Below are positions 39,901-53,900 of a DNA stretch of 64,000 bases, piece by piece. Source of the DNA: Antedon mediterranea (Eukaryota; Animalia; Echinodermata). The position numbers and the translations under genes are program-made. The notes under the pieces are model-generated. The model saw only the letters and a program-made list of their open reading frames with translations, was not told where the DNA came from and made no database searches. Position 1 is the first letter of the stretch; every line of letters begins with the position of its first letter. The DNA is taken from the NCBI RefSeq assembly GCF_964355755.1, contig NC_092671.1:13702001-13766000 (forward strand). Reading direction: 5' to 3'.

Positions 39901-40965
39901 GGCACTTTATGGCGATCTAGGTTGGCAACCAATTAAAGTAACTCAGGATATTTTTAAAGCAAAATATATAAGAAATGTTATGTGTATGGAAATGTATCGT
40001 TGGCCAAAATTTATATTAAACACAATTATTAGACATAAGAATTTTAATTCAAGGTACCAATTTACTAATGAATTTGAAAAAACTTGTGAGTATATTAAGT
40101 TCGATTTCAATGCCATTCTTAATGATATATGTACAGGTACTGATATTGATATAAACTGGGTCAAGCCATTTGAAAATACAATTAAACAATCGTATTCTAC
40201 CTTTTGGAAACAAGAAGTATTAAGAAAATCATCTTTGCTTGATTACTCTTTGATAAAAGAGTCACCTAGCCTAGAACCTTACCTACTGGATAAAACAGAT
40301 TTTTATGGCTCAAGTTTAAAATTTAAACTTCGTTCAAACACTTTACCACTTGGAAAAATTACAAATAAGTGGAACATTGATAATCTAAATGACAAGTGTA
40401 TGGTTTGTGGTTCAGGTGAAGAAGACGTTAAACATTTCCTGTTTATTTGTAATAAGTTACATTGTATTAGAATGGAAGAATTACAAACACTTCAACATAA
40501 ACTTATTGCAATAAATTGTGTAGATACTTGGGTAAATTTTATTTCTGGTGACCTATCTATTAAGGTTCAATATGTCCTAGGAAGCACGTTATTCCATAAA
40601 AATAACTCTCACGACATTTATGCTGTATTTGACAGTTATTGTAAAATGTACACAAGCCGTGCTTGGAAATTAAGAAATGCAATTGTATTACAACTTTGAA
40701 CTGTTTTATTTAAGTGTTGTCTTTTCCATTGCTGTTGCAAAATTAGTAGTTGTATTTTAGTGTAGTTTTAGTTTGTAAATAAGTTTTGTAATAGCGTCAA
40801 GTCAAATTTTATGTCATTATCTCAAATATGTTTTATTTTCGTTTCAGTTTTAATTTTTCATTGTTTTTGTATTGAATTTTGTAATTGGTATGGACGCACC
40901 ATCTACGCATGTGTGCCACTGTTAAAAAAGTGTTGTTCCAAATAAATATTATTATTATATTATTA
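36903..40965 (+). mobile_element. 5'-truncated LINE (APE-RT-zinc finger, RTE-X-like), inactivated
   Basis: APE motifs (GGGIG, DMNARIG, IDY, SDH); RT motifs (FRGISL, GVKQGCVLSP, LFWADD); C-terminal CMVC...HFLFIC; AATAAA then (TAT)n. ORFs 37535-38827 and 39155-40699 are in one frame, separated by a single TAA. Confidence 0.9.
37221..37670 (+). mobile_element. Nested 5'-truncated LINE 3' end inside the endonuclease domain
   Basis: Splits ARIG|KEIPY; TSD TTGGT at 37216-37220 and 37671-37675; peptide PSHRLHHLLP...RYNLR...KTERSKNF; AATAAA and (TTTATCAG)3 tail. Confidence 0.85.
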
Positions 40966-41122
40966 GTATTCAAATTCAAATTCTTTATTCATCCCGCATG
41001 GGGCAATTTCATCAAGGACTGAAATAATAAATTTTAAAAAATACATAGTAATAATCAATTAAAAAATACAAAAATCCATCACATTTAAACGTAACATCTT
41101 AAATCTAAAAGATCCTTTTCAT

Positions 41123-41224
41123 ATGTGATAAAAAGTTACTTCTATATGATCCAATATAGTGTCAAGTTTGTAAGATGATATCGGTACTTACATTGGATCA
41201 TATAGAAGTAACTTTTTATCACAT
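41123..41224. repeat. Inverted repeat / tiny MITE
   Basis: 33-bp perfect arms ATGTGATAAAAAGTTACTTCTATATGATCCAAT (41123-41155) and its reverse complement (41192-41224). Confidence 0.8.
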
Positions 41225-41299
41225 TACATTATCAGATCCAAATGAACTTATTTAATAATCCTTTTCATAATTCTTAATACTAAATGGCCCATGAACAAA

Positions 41300-44260
41300 T
41301 TTATTTGGAACTTTTATTGAACCGTCTAATACTAGTTGCAAAAAAAGAATTTAGTTTATGTTTTGTCCTACACATAGGACTCCTGTTTTAAGTTTATATT
41401 TACATTTAGCGAAAATTTCTTTATTACAGAAAGATAAAATATTTCGCAATGAGCATTCGGTACATACATTTAAAATTTTCACTAATCCAGATCGATCTTT
41501 AAGGTTTAAATTGTAGAACCAACATATAAAGGAAAAGGTCACGCTTTCCACAAATGAGTTATAAAACATTTTTAAAATACACTTATTTACTTTAAATTCA
41601 TTTAGCTTCCTTAAACTACGGTTTCCCTTTTTTTATTAAAGTTTCAGTATTTAATCCCCAGCTGAGACAAGTGACCTACAGTATAAGACTTAACAATCTC
41701 AACTGGTTCGTTATTTAAAATTGTGACCTCAGGGCTGTCTTTCACGCCAAAAATCGATAATCATATCCTTCGTCTTAGAAATATTCAGCTTAAAATACGA
41801 GTCAACAGAAAAATTATCAAAAGCATTCAAAACAGGACCATGACTATTATTTCCATCCTTAAGAAGTGTAGACCTAAAGTAAAACTGAATCGTCCTGCAT
41901 ACTACGGCAATCGTCAGTATATAAAATATAAAGTAATGGGGATAAGACACAGTCCTGATAGTCCAGTTCCCTATGTGCAGACATGTGGAAAGCGTAAACA
42001 TTGTGTTTTATGAATATGAAGCATGCTGGTTATAAAAACCCATGTTGTCAAATTTCTAAAAGTCATCTTTGACCTCTGACCTCAATTTGAATGTTTTGAC
42101 CCATTGAAAACAAAATAGTAATATCTTTGCTTAGATTAAATGAAATAATTTTAGTGCCAAATTATTTGGGAGATGCATATATTCGTTCTAATGGAAAAGT
42201 TTGTCCAAAAAAGGTTTTATTTTTGTGAAATTTTTCGAAATATTTACATTTATATGTTGTATAATAACTACATTTTACAAAAATAAAAATACACTTTTTT
42301 CCCTGTACCTAATTAAGTTTTCATCAGAATAATTTTAAAATGGTCTTGTTTGATAGGCCTACATAATAACATTTTCTTTATATAAAAAAAACAAAACACT
42401 TTATATTATATATATACTCATAAAACACAAGGTTTACACTTTCCCCATGATTTTCACACACACGAAAATAATAGTTAACTGTTTAGTTGCTTAGTACTAT
42501 TGTTTTTGGGTACTGGAATTATAGTGGATTTTTTCCATAGTTTCGTTATCATGCATAAATTTAGACCAACACAGAGTTGGTCCGAACAAAAAAAGTACGT
42601 TTTACCCTCAACTTGATCAGGACCATATAACTCTTATTAAAATTTATTTTTCTTAAAACGGTTTTTATGTTATTTTTTTTCAATATTAATCTTTCTATAT
42701 TATTTTTAATATCAATATTTTGTGGAACTTGATCCTGTCTTATTTCATTATTTATTAACACCTGATTTTCAACTCTTGAATGAAAATCATCAAGCTCATC
42801 GGGTAACAAATTATCAGTTACAATATCAAGATGTATTTCTTGCCTAACTCTATTTTTAGAATTTATAGAAGCCATTGTTATACCTTGCCAAGCATTTCTT
42901 AAGCTCCAGTTTACAAAGAGTACTTCTATTTTACTCCTATAATTTGCTTTAGCTACACAAATATCTCAATCCCTTGTTTATTTCATTTTCACACCGGCAC
43001 AGATCCTGGGAGGGGGGGGGGGGTGTGGTGGCGTAGGGACATGTCCCATATTTTTTACTGGGGGATTGTCGCCCTCACTTTTCAAGAGCAAAATCATTAA
43101 TTGTTAAGAATGAAATAGAAAGTAAGACTTCTATGACAAGCATGATGTATCGTATGTAATTTCAGAAAATACAGTATCTAAGACTAGATTTTGCGTTCGC
43201 ATCAGGAGCAGTGCCTAAAAAGTGCGTAACCCAAAATAATTGTCTTCTTCCAGGCGGAATTTTTATGTGCTCAGAAATCGATTGAAACGACCCCTGGACC
43301 CCCAGGGGTCCTTGGCGGCACCCTGGCTCTCAGCCTAATGTTTTCATTTTTATACAGTTTCCCCCACTATTAAAAACGGATCTGCGCCGTTTCATTTTCA
43401 TATTTACTTCCGGTAAAAAATAAACGTTTCTTTATTAATAATTTCCGTTTTAGTGATCCATGGCTTGTTGTTGGAAAATACCATTATTTGTCGGAATTAC
43501 CTCTTCAACACACTTATTAATATACGCGGTAATTACTTCTATCATTTCATCCTGATCCAGCGACGAATTGTAACAAACTTGCCAATCAGTGCAGTCAAAA
43601 CACCCTCTTAGGGTTTCAGTACTATCTTCTGTCCAAATTTTAACTGTATTAACCACTGTATTTGCTCGTTGAACTAGAGGGGTATACTTAGAAAATAACC
43701 GTATGGAATTGTGGTTCGACGCTCCAAGAGACGGGAGAGCAATTGGTGTATACATATCACGAATAGTACCATAGCAAAGATTTACCTTGCGAGTTGGACA
43801 TATATTATTGTGTTATATATTGCTGGTATGCCCTAAAAGTCCTAGAAAATTTGTGTTGATTAAAATCACCGATGAACAAAGTTTGGTGCGTCGGGAGACA
43901 AGGCTTCTATATTTTGGATGGTGTTTGAGAGAGTTTCAGATGCTCTACTCGTCTTGGCAATTGGGGAATACATCACACACTCAAATAGTCGTAACAATGC
44001 GCAAAATATTTCAATGTCAGGATTGCATACCTTCTCCCTCACAACAACGGTGTTGCACCATTGTTGGTTAAAATAATTTTTCTGAATGTAATGTCCTATC
44101 TGCATGTATGAGTTGAAAACCATCAATATCCATGCATAAATCAGAAACATTCTCGTTCCGCCAGGTTTCCATTAAACAAAAAGTTTGTTTCTTTCTTGCT
44201 TTCTTTTCTTGACTTGTCCGTATGTCCGTAAAAATCATCTGGTAATTGTGTAGATCTGGT
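41300..44260 (-). mobile_element. Heavily degraded LINE (Rex1/L2-like)
   Basis: Fragments CLMETW, LGASNHNSI, WTEDSTETLRGCFDCTDW, LNISKTKDMIIDF and FYNSFVES...FICWF occur in collinear order with many frameshifts. Confidence 0.75.
42992..43392. mobile_element. hAT-like MITE inserted in the degraded LINE
   Basis: CACCGGCACAGATCC ... GGATCTGCGCCGTTT with 8-bp TSD CATTTTCA at 42984-42991 and 43393-43400. Confidence 0.75.
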
Positions 44261-44383
44261 ACCAAGGCGGGTGTGTTTGATCGAAGATTCAACAGCAATT
44301 CCCTGCTGTACGTTAATCTGACTATATGTTGGTTATCGCCTAAGTTCAAGCCTGTTGCCAAAATGTCAGTCCTGGTCGCCACT

Positions 44384-44740
44384 GGGTACTCGGACGTTTT
44401 GCCGAATGCCATTTCGCCGACCGGATATTTCGTCTACATGATTTTGGGCCAACTGGACATTGGGCCAACTGGACATTGGGCCAACTGAACATACACTATG
44501 GCCGACAGGACTTTTTGTCGACAGCACATCACGCCAAAACTTCTTCTTTATTTCGTCAGGTACGGTATCACTACACTCATTTTCAATAACCGCAATATTG
44601 GACTGCACGTCTCGTTTTCACATGTCAGTTTTTTTATACGGAAATTATCTAATCGACAAAGTGTCCTGTCGGCCAATTGTTCTGTCAGTGAAATGTCCTG
44701 TTGACAAAATGACCGGTTGGCGAAATGTCCGGTCAACGAA
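44384..44740. mobile_element. Non-autonomous DNA element with ~15-16-nt periodic subterminal repeats in inverted orientation
   Basis: Left CGGACGTTTTGCCGA, (TTGGGCCAACTGGACA)n; right AAATGTCCTGT repeats ending TTGGCGAAATGTCCGG. Superfamily not determined. Confidence 0.55.
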
Positions 44741-44994
44741 ATGTCAAGTGAGTTAAAGGTCTGGTGGCCAAGTAGCCTGTCGACCACTTTCTGTCTGTTT
44801 ATATTGTGTCCGTCCATAGAAACATATCATAATTAAATAAACAGAAGTATTATTTAGTATTATGTTTATATTATTTTTTTTAGTTATATTATTAAGTATT
44901 AAAGACATTAAAATTACACAAAGACCCAAGAGAAAGACTTACATAATAGTGTATTGTAAATTGTAAATAGAATTCCATCTGCTTTTAAACTTAC

Positions 44995-47900
44995 ATGTTT
45001 CACAGAACTGTCCAGTGTAGCAAGACGGACAGGTACACGTGTATAAAGTACAAGAACCAGAAACCTGGACACAACCAGTTCCATTTTGACAAGCATTATT
45101 GGAACAAGCATTTAATACTGAAATAGCAAATAAATTATATTTTAATTTCTCTTTAATTACTTGATACGTGAATAGAATTCCATCTCCTTTTAAACTTACA
45201 TGTTTCACAGAACTGTCCAGTGTAGCAGGATGGACAGCTACACGTGTATAAAGTACAAGAACCAGAAACCTGGACACAACCAGCTCCATTTTGACAAGCA
45301 TTATTGGAACAAGCATTTAATACTGAAATAGCAAATAAATTATATTTTAATTTCTCTTTAATTACTTGATACGTGAATAGAATTCCATCTCCTTTTAAAC
45401 TTACATGTTTCACAGAACTGTCCAGTGTAGCAGGATGGACAGCTACACGTGTATAAAGTACAAGAACCAGCAACCTGGACACAACCAGCTCCATTTTGAC
45501 AAGCATTATTGGAACAAGCATTTAATACTGAAATAGCAAATAAATTATATTTTAATTTCTCTTTAATTACTTGATACGTGAATAGAATTCCATCTCCTTT
45601 TAAACTTACATGTTTCACAGAACTGTCCAGTGTAGCAGGATGGACAGCTACACGTGTATGCAGTACAGGAACCAGAAACCTGGACACAAGCAGCTCCATT
45701 TTGACAAGAATTATTAGTACAAGCATTTAATACTGAAATATTAAATAAATTAAAATTTACTTTCTCTTGATATAGCTGGTTCTTAAATACTATTTCATCT
45801 ACATTTTGTGCTGTTTTTAAACTTACATGTTTCACAGAATGTTCCAGTGTAGCATGTAGCACAGCTACACGTGTATGCAGTACACGAACCAGAAACCTGG
45901 ACACAAGCAGCTCCATTTTGACAAGCATTATTGGAACAAGCATTTAATACTGAAATAGGAAATAAATAAATTATATTTTAATTTCTCTTGAATTACTTGA
46001 TACGTGAATAGAATTCCATCTGCTTTTAAACTTACATGTTTCACAGAACTGTCCAGTGTAGCAAAATGGACAGCTACACTTGTAAGCAGTACAGGAACCA
46101 GCAACCTGGACACAACCAGCTCCATTTTGACAAGCATTATTAGTACAAGCATTTAATACTGAAATATTAAATAAATTATATTTTACTTTCCCCTGATTTA
46201 CTTGGAACTTGAATAGAATTTCATCTGCTGCCCATGGCACTCTTCAATTTTCACCTATTGTATTGCATCCTTGATCGATTTTGGTAGTGGGGAAATGCAA
46301 AGGATTGCCAAACGCAATGTTAGGCAGTTGCAAAGAAATTAGTTTAAAAAACACACTTTCGTACAAATTTGACTTTATAATATAGACTATAATGGATAAA
46401 GGGGAATTAAAAGGTGCCCCAGCTCGAACAGGGGTACTATCGGACTTGTGGTTTGGGAGGAGATAGAGGAACAAATTTTGGCTTAGTGCTATTATAATAT
46501 AGATTTTACTGTCCCTTGATTTACTTGGTACGTGAATAAAATGTCATCTGCTTTTTGTGCTGCTTTTAAACTTACATGTTTCACAGAACTGTCCAGTGTA
46601 GCAGGATGGACAGCTACACGTGTATAAAGTACAAGAACCAGAAACCTGGACACAACCAGCTCCATTTTGACAAGCATTATTGGAACAAGCATTTAATACT
46701 GAAATAGCAAATAAATTACAATTTACTTTCTCTTGATAAAGCTGGTTCTTAAATACTATTTAATCTACATTTTGTGCGGTTTTTAAACTTACATGTTTCA
46801 CAGAATGTTCCAGTGTAGCATGTAGCACAGCTACACGTGTATGCAGTACACGAACCAGAAACCTGGACACAAGCAGCTCCATTTTGACAAGCATTATTGG
46901 AACAAGCATTTAATACTGAAATAGGAAATAAATTATATTTTAATTTCTCTTGAATTACTTGATACGTGAATAGAATTCCATCTGCTTTTAAACTTACATG
47001 TTTCACAGAACTGTCCAGTGTAGCAAGATGGACAGCTACACGTGTAAGCAGTACAGGAACCAGCAACCTGGACACAACCAGCTCCATTTTGACAAGCATT
47101 ATTAGTACAAGCATTTAATACTGAAATATTAAATAAATTACAATTTACTTTCTGTTGATTTACTTGGTATGTGAATAGAATTCCATCTGCTCTTTGTGGT
47201 GCTTTTAAACTTACATGTTTCAGAGAACTGTCCAGTGTAGCAAGACGAATTTGACTTTATGATATAGACTAATGGATAAAGGGGAATTAAAAGGTGCTCC
47301 AGCTCAAACAGGGATACTATCGGACTTGCGGTTTCGGAGGAGATAGAGGAACAAATTTTGGCTTAGTGCTATTATAATATAGATTTTACTGTCCCTTGAT
47401 TTACTTGGTACGTGAATAAAATGTCATCTGCTTTTTGTGCTGCTTTTAAACTTACATGTTTCACAGAACTGTCCAGTGTAGCAGGATGGACAGCTACACG
47501 TGTAAGCAGTACAAGAACCAGAAACCTGGACACAAGCAGCTCCATTCTGACAGGCATTATTGGAACAAGCATTTAATACTGAAATATTAAATAAATTATA
47601 TTTTACTTTCCCCTGATTGACCTGGCACTTGAATAGAATTTCATCTGCTGCCCATGGCACTCTTCAATTTTCACCTATTGTATTGCATCCTTGATCGATT
47701 TTGGTAGCGGGGAAATGCAAAGGATTGCCAAACGCAATGTTAGGCAGTTGCAAAGGAATTGGTCTAAAAAACACACTTTCGTACAAATTTGACTTTATAA
47801 TATAGACTAATGGATAAAGGGGAATTAAAAGGTGCCCCAGCTCGAACAGGGGTACTATCGGACTTGTGGTTTGGGAGGAGATAGAAGGACAAATTTTGGC

Positions 47901-50900
47901 TTATTGCTATTATAATACAGATTTTACTTTCCCTTGATTTACTTGGTATGTGAATAAAATTTCATTTGCTTTTTGTGCTGCTTTTAAACTTACATGTTTC
48001 ACAGAACTGTCCAGTGTAGCAGGACGGACAGCTACACGTGTAAGCAGTACAGGAACCAGAAACCTGGACGCAAGCAGCTCCATTTTGACAAGCATTATTA
48101 GTACAAGCATTTAATACTGAAATATTAAATGAATTACAATTTACTTTCTCTTGATATAGCTGGCTCTTAAATACTATTTCATCTACATTTTGTGCTGTTT
48201 TTAAACTTACATGTTTCACAGAATGTTCCAGTGTAGCATGTAGCACAGCTACACGTGTATGCAGTACACGAACCAGAAACCTGGACACAAGCAGCTCCAT
48301 TTTGACAAGCATTATTGGAACAAGCATTTAATACTGAAATAGGAAATAAATTATATTTTAATTTCTCTTGAATTACTTGATACGTGAATAGAATTCCATC
48401 TGCTTTTAAACTTACATGTTTCACAGAACTGTCCAGTGTAGCACGATGGACAGCTACACGTGTAAGCAGTACAGGAACCAGCAACCTGGACACAACCAGC
48501 TCCATTTTGACAAGCATTATTAGTACAAGCATTTAATACTGAAATATTAAATAAATTACAATTTACTTTCTGTTGATTTACTTGGTATGTAAATAGAATT
48601 CCATCTGCTCTTTGTGCTGCTTTTAAACTTACATGTTTCAGAGAACTGTCCAGTGTAGCAAGACGAATTTGACTTTATAATATAGACTAATGGATAAATG
48701 GGAATTAAAAGGTGCTCCAGCTCAAACAGGGATACTATCGGACTTGCGGTTTGGGAAGAGATAGAGGAACAAATTTTGGCTTAGTGCTATTATAATATAG
48801 ATTTTACTGTCCCTTGATTTACTTGGTACGTGAATAAAATGTCATCTGCTTTTTGTGCTGCTTTTAAACTTACATGTTTCACAGAACTGTCCAGTGTAGC
48901 AGGATGGACAGCTACACGTGTAAGCAGTACAGGAACCAGAAACCTGGACACAAGCAGCTCCATTCTGACAGGCATTATTGGAACAAGCATTTAATACTGA
49001 AATATTAAAAAAATTATATTTTACTTTCCCCTGATTTACTTGGCACTTGAATAGAATTTCATCTGCTGCCCATGGCACTCTTCAATTTTCACCTATTGTA
49101 TTGCATCCTTGATCGATTTTGGTAGTGGGGAAATGCAAAGGATTGCCAAACGCAATGTTAGGCAGTTGCAAAGAAATTGGTCTAAAAAACACACTTTCGT
49201 ACAAATTTGACTTTATAATATAGACTAATGGATAAAGGGGAATTAAAAGGTGCCCCAGCTCGAACAGGGGTACTATCGGACTTGTTGTTTGGGAGGAGAT
49301 AGAGGAACACAATTTTGGCTTAGTGCTATTATAATATAGATTTTACTGTCCCTTGATTTACTTGGTACGTGAATAAAATTTCATTTACTTTTTGTGCTGC
49401 TTTTAAACTTACATGTTTCACAGAACTGTCCAGTGTAGCAGGACGGACAGCTACACGTGTAAGCAGTACAGGAACCAGAAACCTGGACGCAAGCAGCTCC
49501 ATTTTGACAAGCATTATTAGTACAAGCATTTAATACTGAAATATTAAATAAATTACAATTTACTTTCTCTTGATATAGCTGGTTCTTAAATACTATTTCA
49601 TCTACATTTTGTGCTGTTTTTAAACTTACATGTTTCACAGAATGTTCCAGTGTAGCATGTAGCACAGCTACACGTGTATGCAGTACACGAACCAGAAACC
49701 TGGACACAAGCAGCTCCATTTTGACAAGCATTATTGGAACAAGCATTTAATACTGAAATAGGAAATAAATTATAATTTAATTTCTCTTGAATTACTTGAT
49801 ACGTGAATAGAATTCCATCTGCTTTTAAACTTACATGTTTCACAGAACTGTCCAGTGTAGCACGATGGACAGCTACACGTGTAAGCAGTACAGGAACCAG
49901 CAACCTGGACACAACCAGCTCCATTTTGACAAGCATTATTAGTACAAGCATTTAATACTTAAATATTAAATAAATTACAATTTACTTTCTGTTGATTTAC
50001 TTGGTATGTAAATAGAATTCCATCTGCTCTTTGTGCTGCTTTTAAACTTACATGTTTCAGAGAACTGTCCAGTGTAGCAAGACGAATTTGACTTTATAAT
50101 ATAGACTAATGGATAAAGGGGAATTAAAAGATGCTCCAGCTCAAAGAGGGGTACTATCGGACTTGCGGTTTCGGAAGAGATAGAGGAACAAATTTTGGCT
50201 TAGTGCTATTATAATATAGATTTTACTGTCCCTTGATTTACTTGGTACGTGAATAAAATGTCATCTGCTTTTTGTGCTGCTTTTAAACTTACATGTTTCA
50301 CAGAACTGTCCAGTGTAGCAGGATGGACAGCTACACGTGTAAGCAGTGCAGGAACCAGAAACCTGGACACAAGCAGCTCCATTCTGACAGGCATTATTGG
50401 AACAAGCATTTAATACTGAAATATTAAATAAATTATATTTTACTTTCCCCTGATTTACTTGGCACTTGAATAGAATTTCATCTGCTACCCATGGCACTCT
50501 TCAATTTTCACCTATTGTATTGCATCCTTGATCGATTTTGGTAGCGGGGAAATGCAAAGGATTGCCAAACGCAATGTTAGGCAGTTGCAAAGAAATTGGT
50601 CTAAAAAAGACACTTTCGTACAAATTTGACTTTATAATTTAGACTAATGGATAAAGGGGAATTAAAAGGTGCCCCAGCTCGAACAGGGGTACTATCGGAC
50701 TTGCGGTTTGGGAGGAGATAGAAGGACAAATTTTGGCTTAGTGCTATTATAATATAGGTTTTACTTTCCCTTGATTTACTTGGTACGTGAATAAAATTTC
50801 ATTTGCTTTTTGTGCTATTTTAAACTTACAAGTTTCACAGAACTGTCCAGTGTAGCAGGACGGACAGCTACACGTGTAAGCAGTACAGGAACCAGAAACC

Positions 50901-53900
50901 TGGACGCAAGCAGCTCCATTTTGACAAGCATTATTAGTACAAGCATTTAATACTGAAATATTAAATAAATTACAATTTACTTTCTCTTGATATAGCTGGC
51001 TCTTAAATACTATTTCATCTACATTTTGTGCTGTTTTTAAACTTACATGTTTCACAGAATGTTCCAGTGTAGCATGTAGCACAGCTACACGTGTATGCAG
51101 TACACGAACCAGAAACCTGGACACAAGCAGCTCCATTTTGACAAGCATTATTGGAACAAGCATTTAATACTGAAATAGGAAATAAATTATATTTTAATTT
51201 CTCTTGAATTACTTGATACGTGAATAGAATTCCATCTGCTTTTAAACTTACATGTTTCACAGAACTGTCCAGTGTAGCACGATGGACAGCTACACGTGTA
51301 AGCAGTACAGGAACCAGCAACCTGGACACAACCAGCTCCATTTTGACAAGCATTATTAGTACAAGCATTTAATACTGAAATATTAAATAAATTACAATTT
51401 ACTTTCTGTTGATTTACTTGGTATGTAAATAGAATTCCATCTGCTCTTTGTGCTGCTTTTAAACTTACATGTTTCAGAGAACTGTCCAGTGTAGCAAGAC
51501 GAATTTGACTTTATAATATAGACTAATGGATAAAGGGGAATTAAAAGATGCTCCAGCTCAAAGAGGGATACTATCGGACTTGCGGTTTGGGAAGAGATAG
51601 AGGAACAAATTTTGGCTTAGTGCTATTATAATATAGATTTTACTGTCCCTTGATTTACTTGGTACGTGAATAAAATGTCATCTGCTTTTTGTGCTGCTTT
51701 TAAACTTACATGTTTCACAGAACTGTCCAGTGTAGCAGGATGGACAGCTACACGTGTAAGCAGTACAGGAACCAGAAACCTGGACACAAGCAGCTCCATT
51801 CTGACAGGCATTATTGGAACAAGCATTTAATACTGAAATATTAAATAAATTATATTTTACTTTCCCCTGATTTACTTGGCACTTGAATAGAATTTCATCT
51901 GCTACCCATGGCACTCTTCAATTTTCACCTATTGTATTGCATCCTTGATCGATTTTGGTAGCGGGGAAATGCAAAGGATTGCCAAACGCAATGTTAGGCA
52001 GTTGCAAAGAAATTGGTCTAAAAAAGACACTTTCGTACAAATTTGACTTTATAATTTAGACTAATGGATAAAGGGGAATTAAAAGGTGCCCCAGCTCGAA
52101 CAGGGGTACTATCGGACTTGCGGTTTGGGAGGAGATAGAAGGACAAATTTTGGCTTAGTGCTATTATAATATAGGTTTTACTTTCCCTTGATTTACTTGG
52201 TACGTGAATAAAATTTCATTTGCTTTTTGTGCTATTTTAAACTTACAAGTTTCACAGAACTGTCCAGTGTAGCAGGACGGACAGCTACACGTGTAAGCAG
52301 TACAGGAACCAGAAACCTGGACGCAAGCAGCTCCATTTTGACAAGCATTATTAGTACAAGCATTTAATACTGAAATATTAAATAAATTACAATTTACTTT
52401 CTCTTGATATAGCTGGTTCTTAAATACTATTTCATCTACATTTTGTGCTGTTTTTAAACTTACATGTTTCACAGAATGTTCGAGTGTAGCATGTAGCACA
52501 GCTACACGTGTATGCAGTACACGAACCAGAAACCTGGACACAAGCAGCTCCATTTTGACAAGCATTATTGGAACAAGCATTTAGGCCTAATACTGAAATA
52601 GGAAATAAATTATACTTTAATTTCTCTTGAATTACTTGATACGTGAATAGAATTCCATCTGCTTTTAAACTTACATGTTTCACAGAACTGTCCAGTGTAG
52701 CACGATGGACAGCTACACGTGTAAGCAGTACAGGAACCAGCAACCTGGACACAACCAGCTCCATTTTGACAAGCATTATTAGTACAAGCATTTAATACTT
52801 AAATATTAAATAAATTACAATTTACTTTCTGTTGATTTACTTGGTATGTAAATAGAATTCCATCTGCTCTTTGTGCTGCTTTTAAACTTACATGTTTCAG
52901 AGAACTGTCCAGTGTAGCAAGACGAATTTGACTTTATAATATAGACTAATGGATAAAGGGGAATTAAAAGATGCTCCAGCTCAAACAGGGGTACTATCGG
53001 ACTTGCGGTTTAGGAAGAGATAGAGGAACAAACTTTGGCTTAGTGCTATTATAATATAGATTTTACTGTCCCTTGATTTACTTGGTACGTGAATAAAATG
53101 TCATCTGCTTTTTGTGCTGCTTTTAAACTTACATGTTTCACAGAACTGTCCAGTGTAGCAGGATGGACAGCTACACGTGTAAGCAGTACAGGAATCAGAA
53201 ACCTGGACACAAGCAGCTCCATTCTGACAGGCATTATTGGAACAAGCATTTAATACTGAAATATTAAATAAATTATATTTTACTTTCCCCTGATTTACTT
53301 GGCACTTGAATAGAATTTCATCTGCTGCCCATGGCACTCTTCAATTTTCACCTATTGTATTGCATCCTTGATCGATTTTGGTAGCGGGGAAATGCAAAGG
53401 ATTGCCAAACGCAATGTTAGGCAGTTGCAAAGAAATTGGTCTAAAAAACACACTTTCGTACAAATTTGACTTTATAATTTAGACTAATGGATAAAGGGGA
53501 ATTAAAAGGTGCCCCAGCTCGAACAGGGGTACTATCGGACTTGCGGTTTGGGAGGAGATAGAAGGACAAATTTTGGCTTAGTGCTATTATAATATAGGTT
53601 TTACTTTCCCTTGATTTACTTGGTACGTGAATAAAATTTCATTTGCTTTTTGTGCTATTTTAAACTTACAAGTTTCACAGAACTGTCCAGTGTAGCAGGA
53701 CGGACAGCTACACGTGTAAGCAGTACAGGAACCAGAAACCTGGACGCAAGCAGCTCCATTTTGACAAGCATTATTAGTACAAGCATTTAATACTGAAATA
53801 TTAAATAAATTACAATTTACTTTCTCTTGATATAGCTGGTTCTTAAATACTATTTCATATACATTTTGTGCTGTTTTTAAACTTACATGTTTCACAGAAT

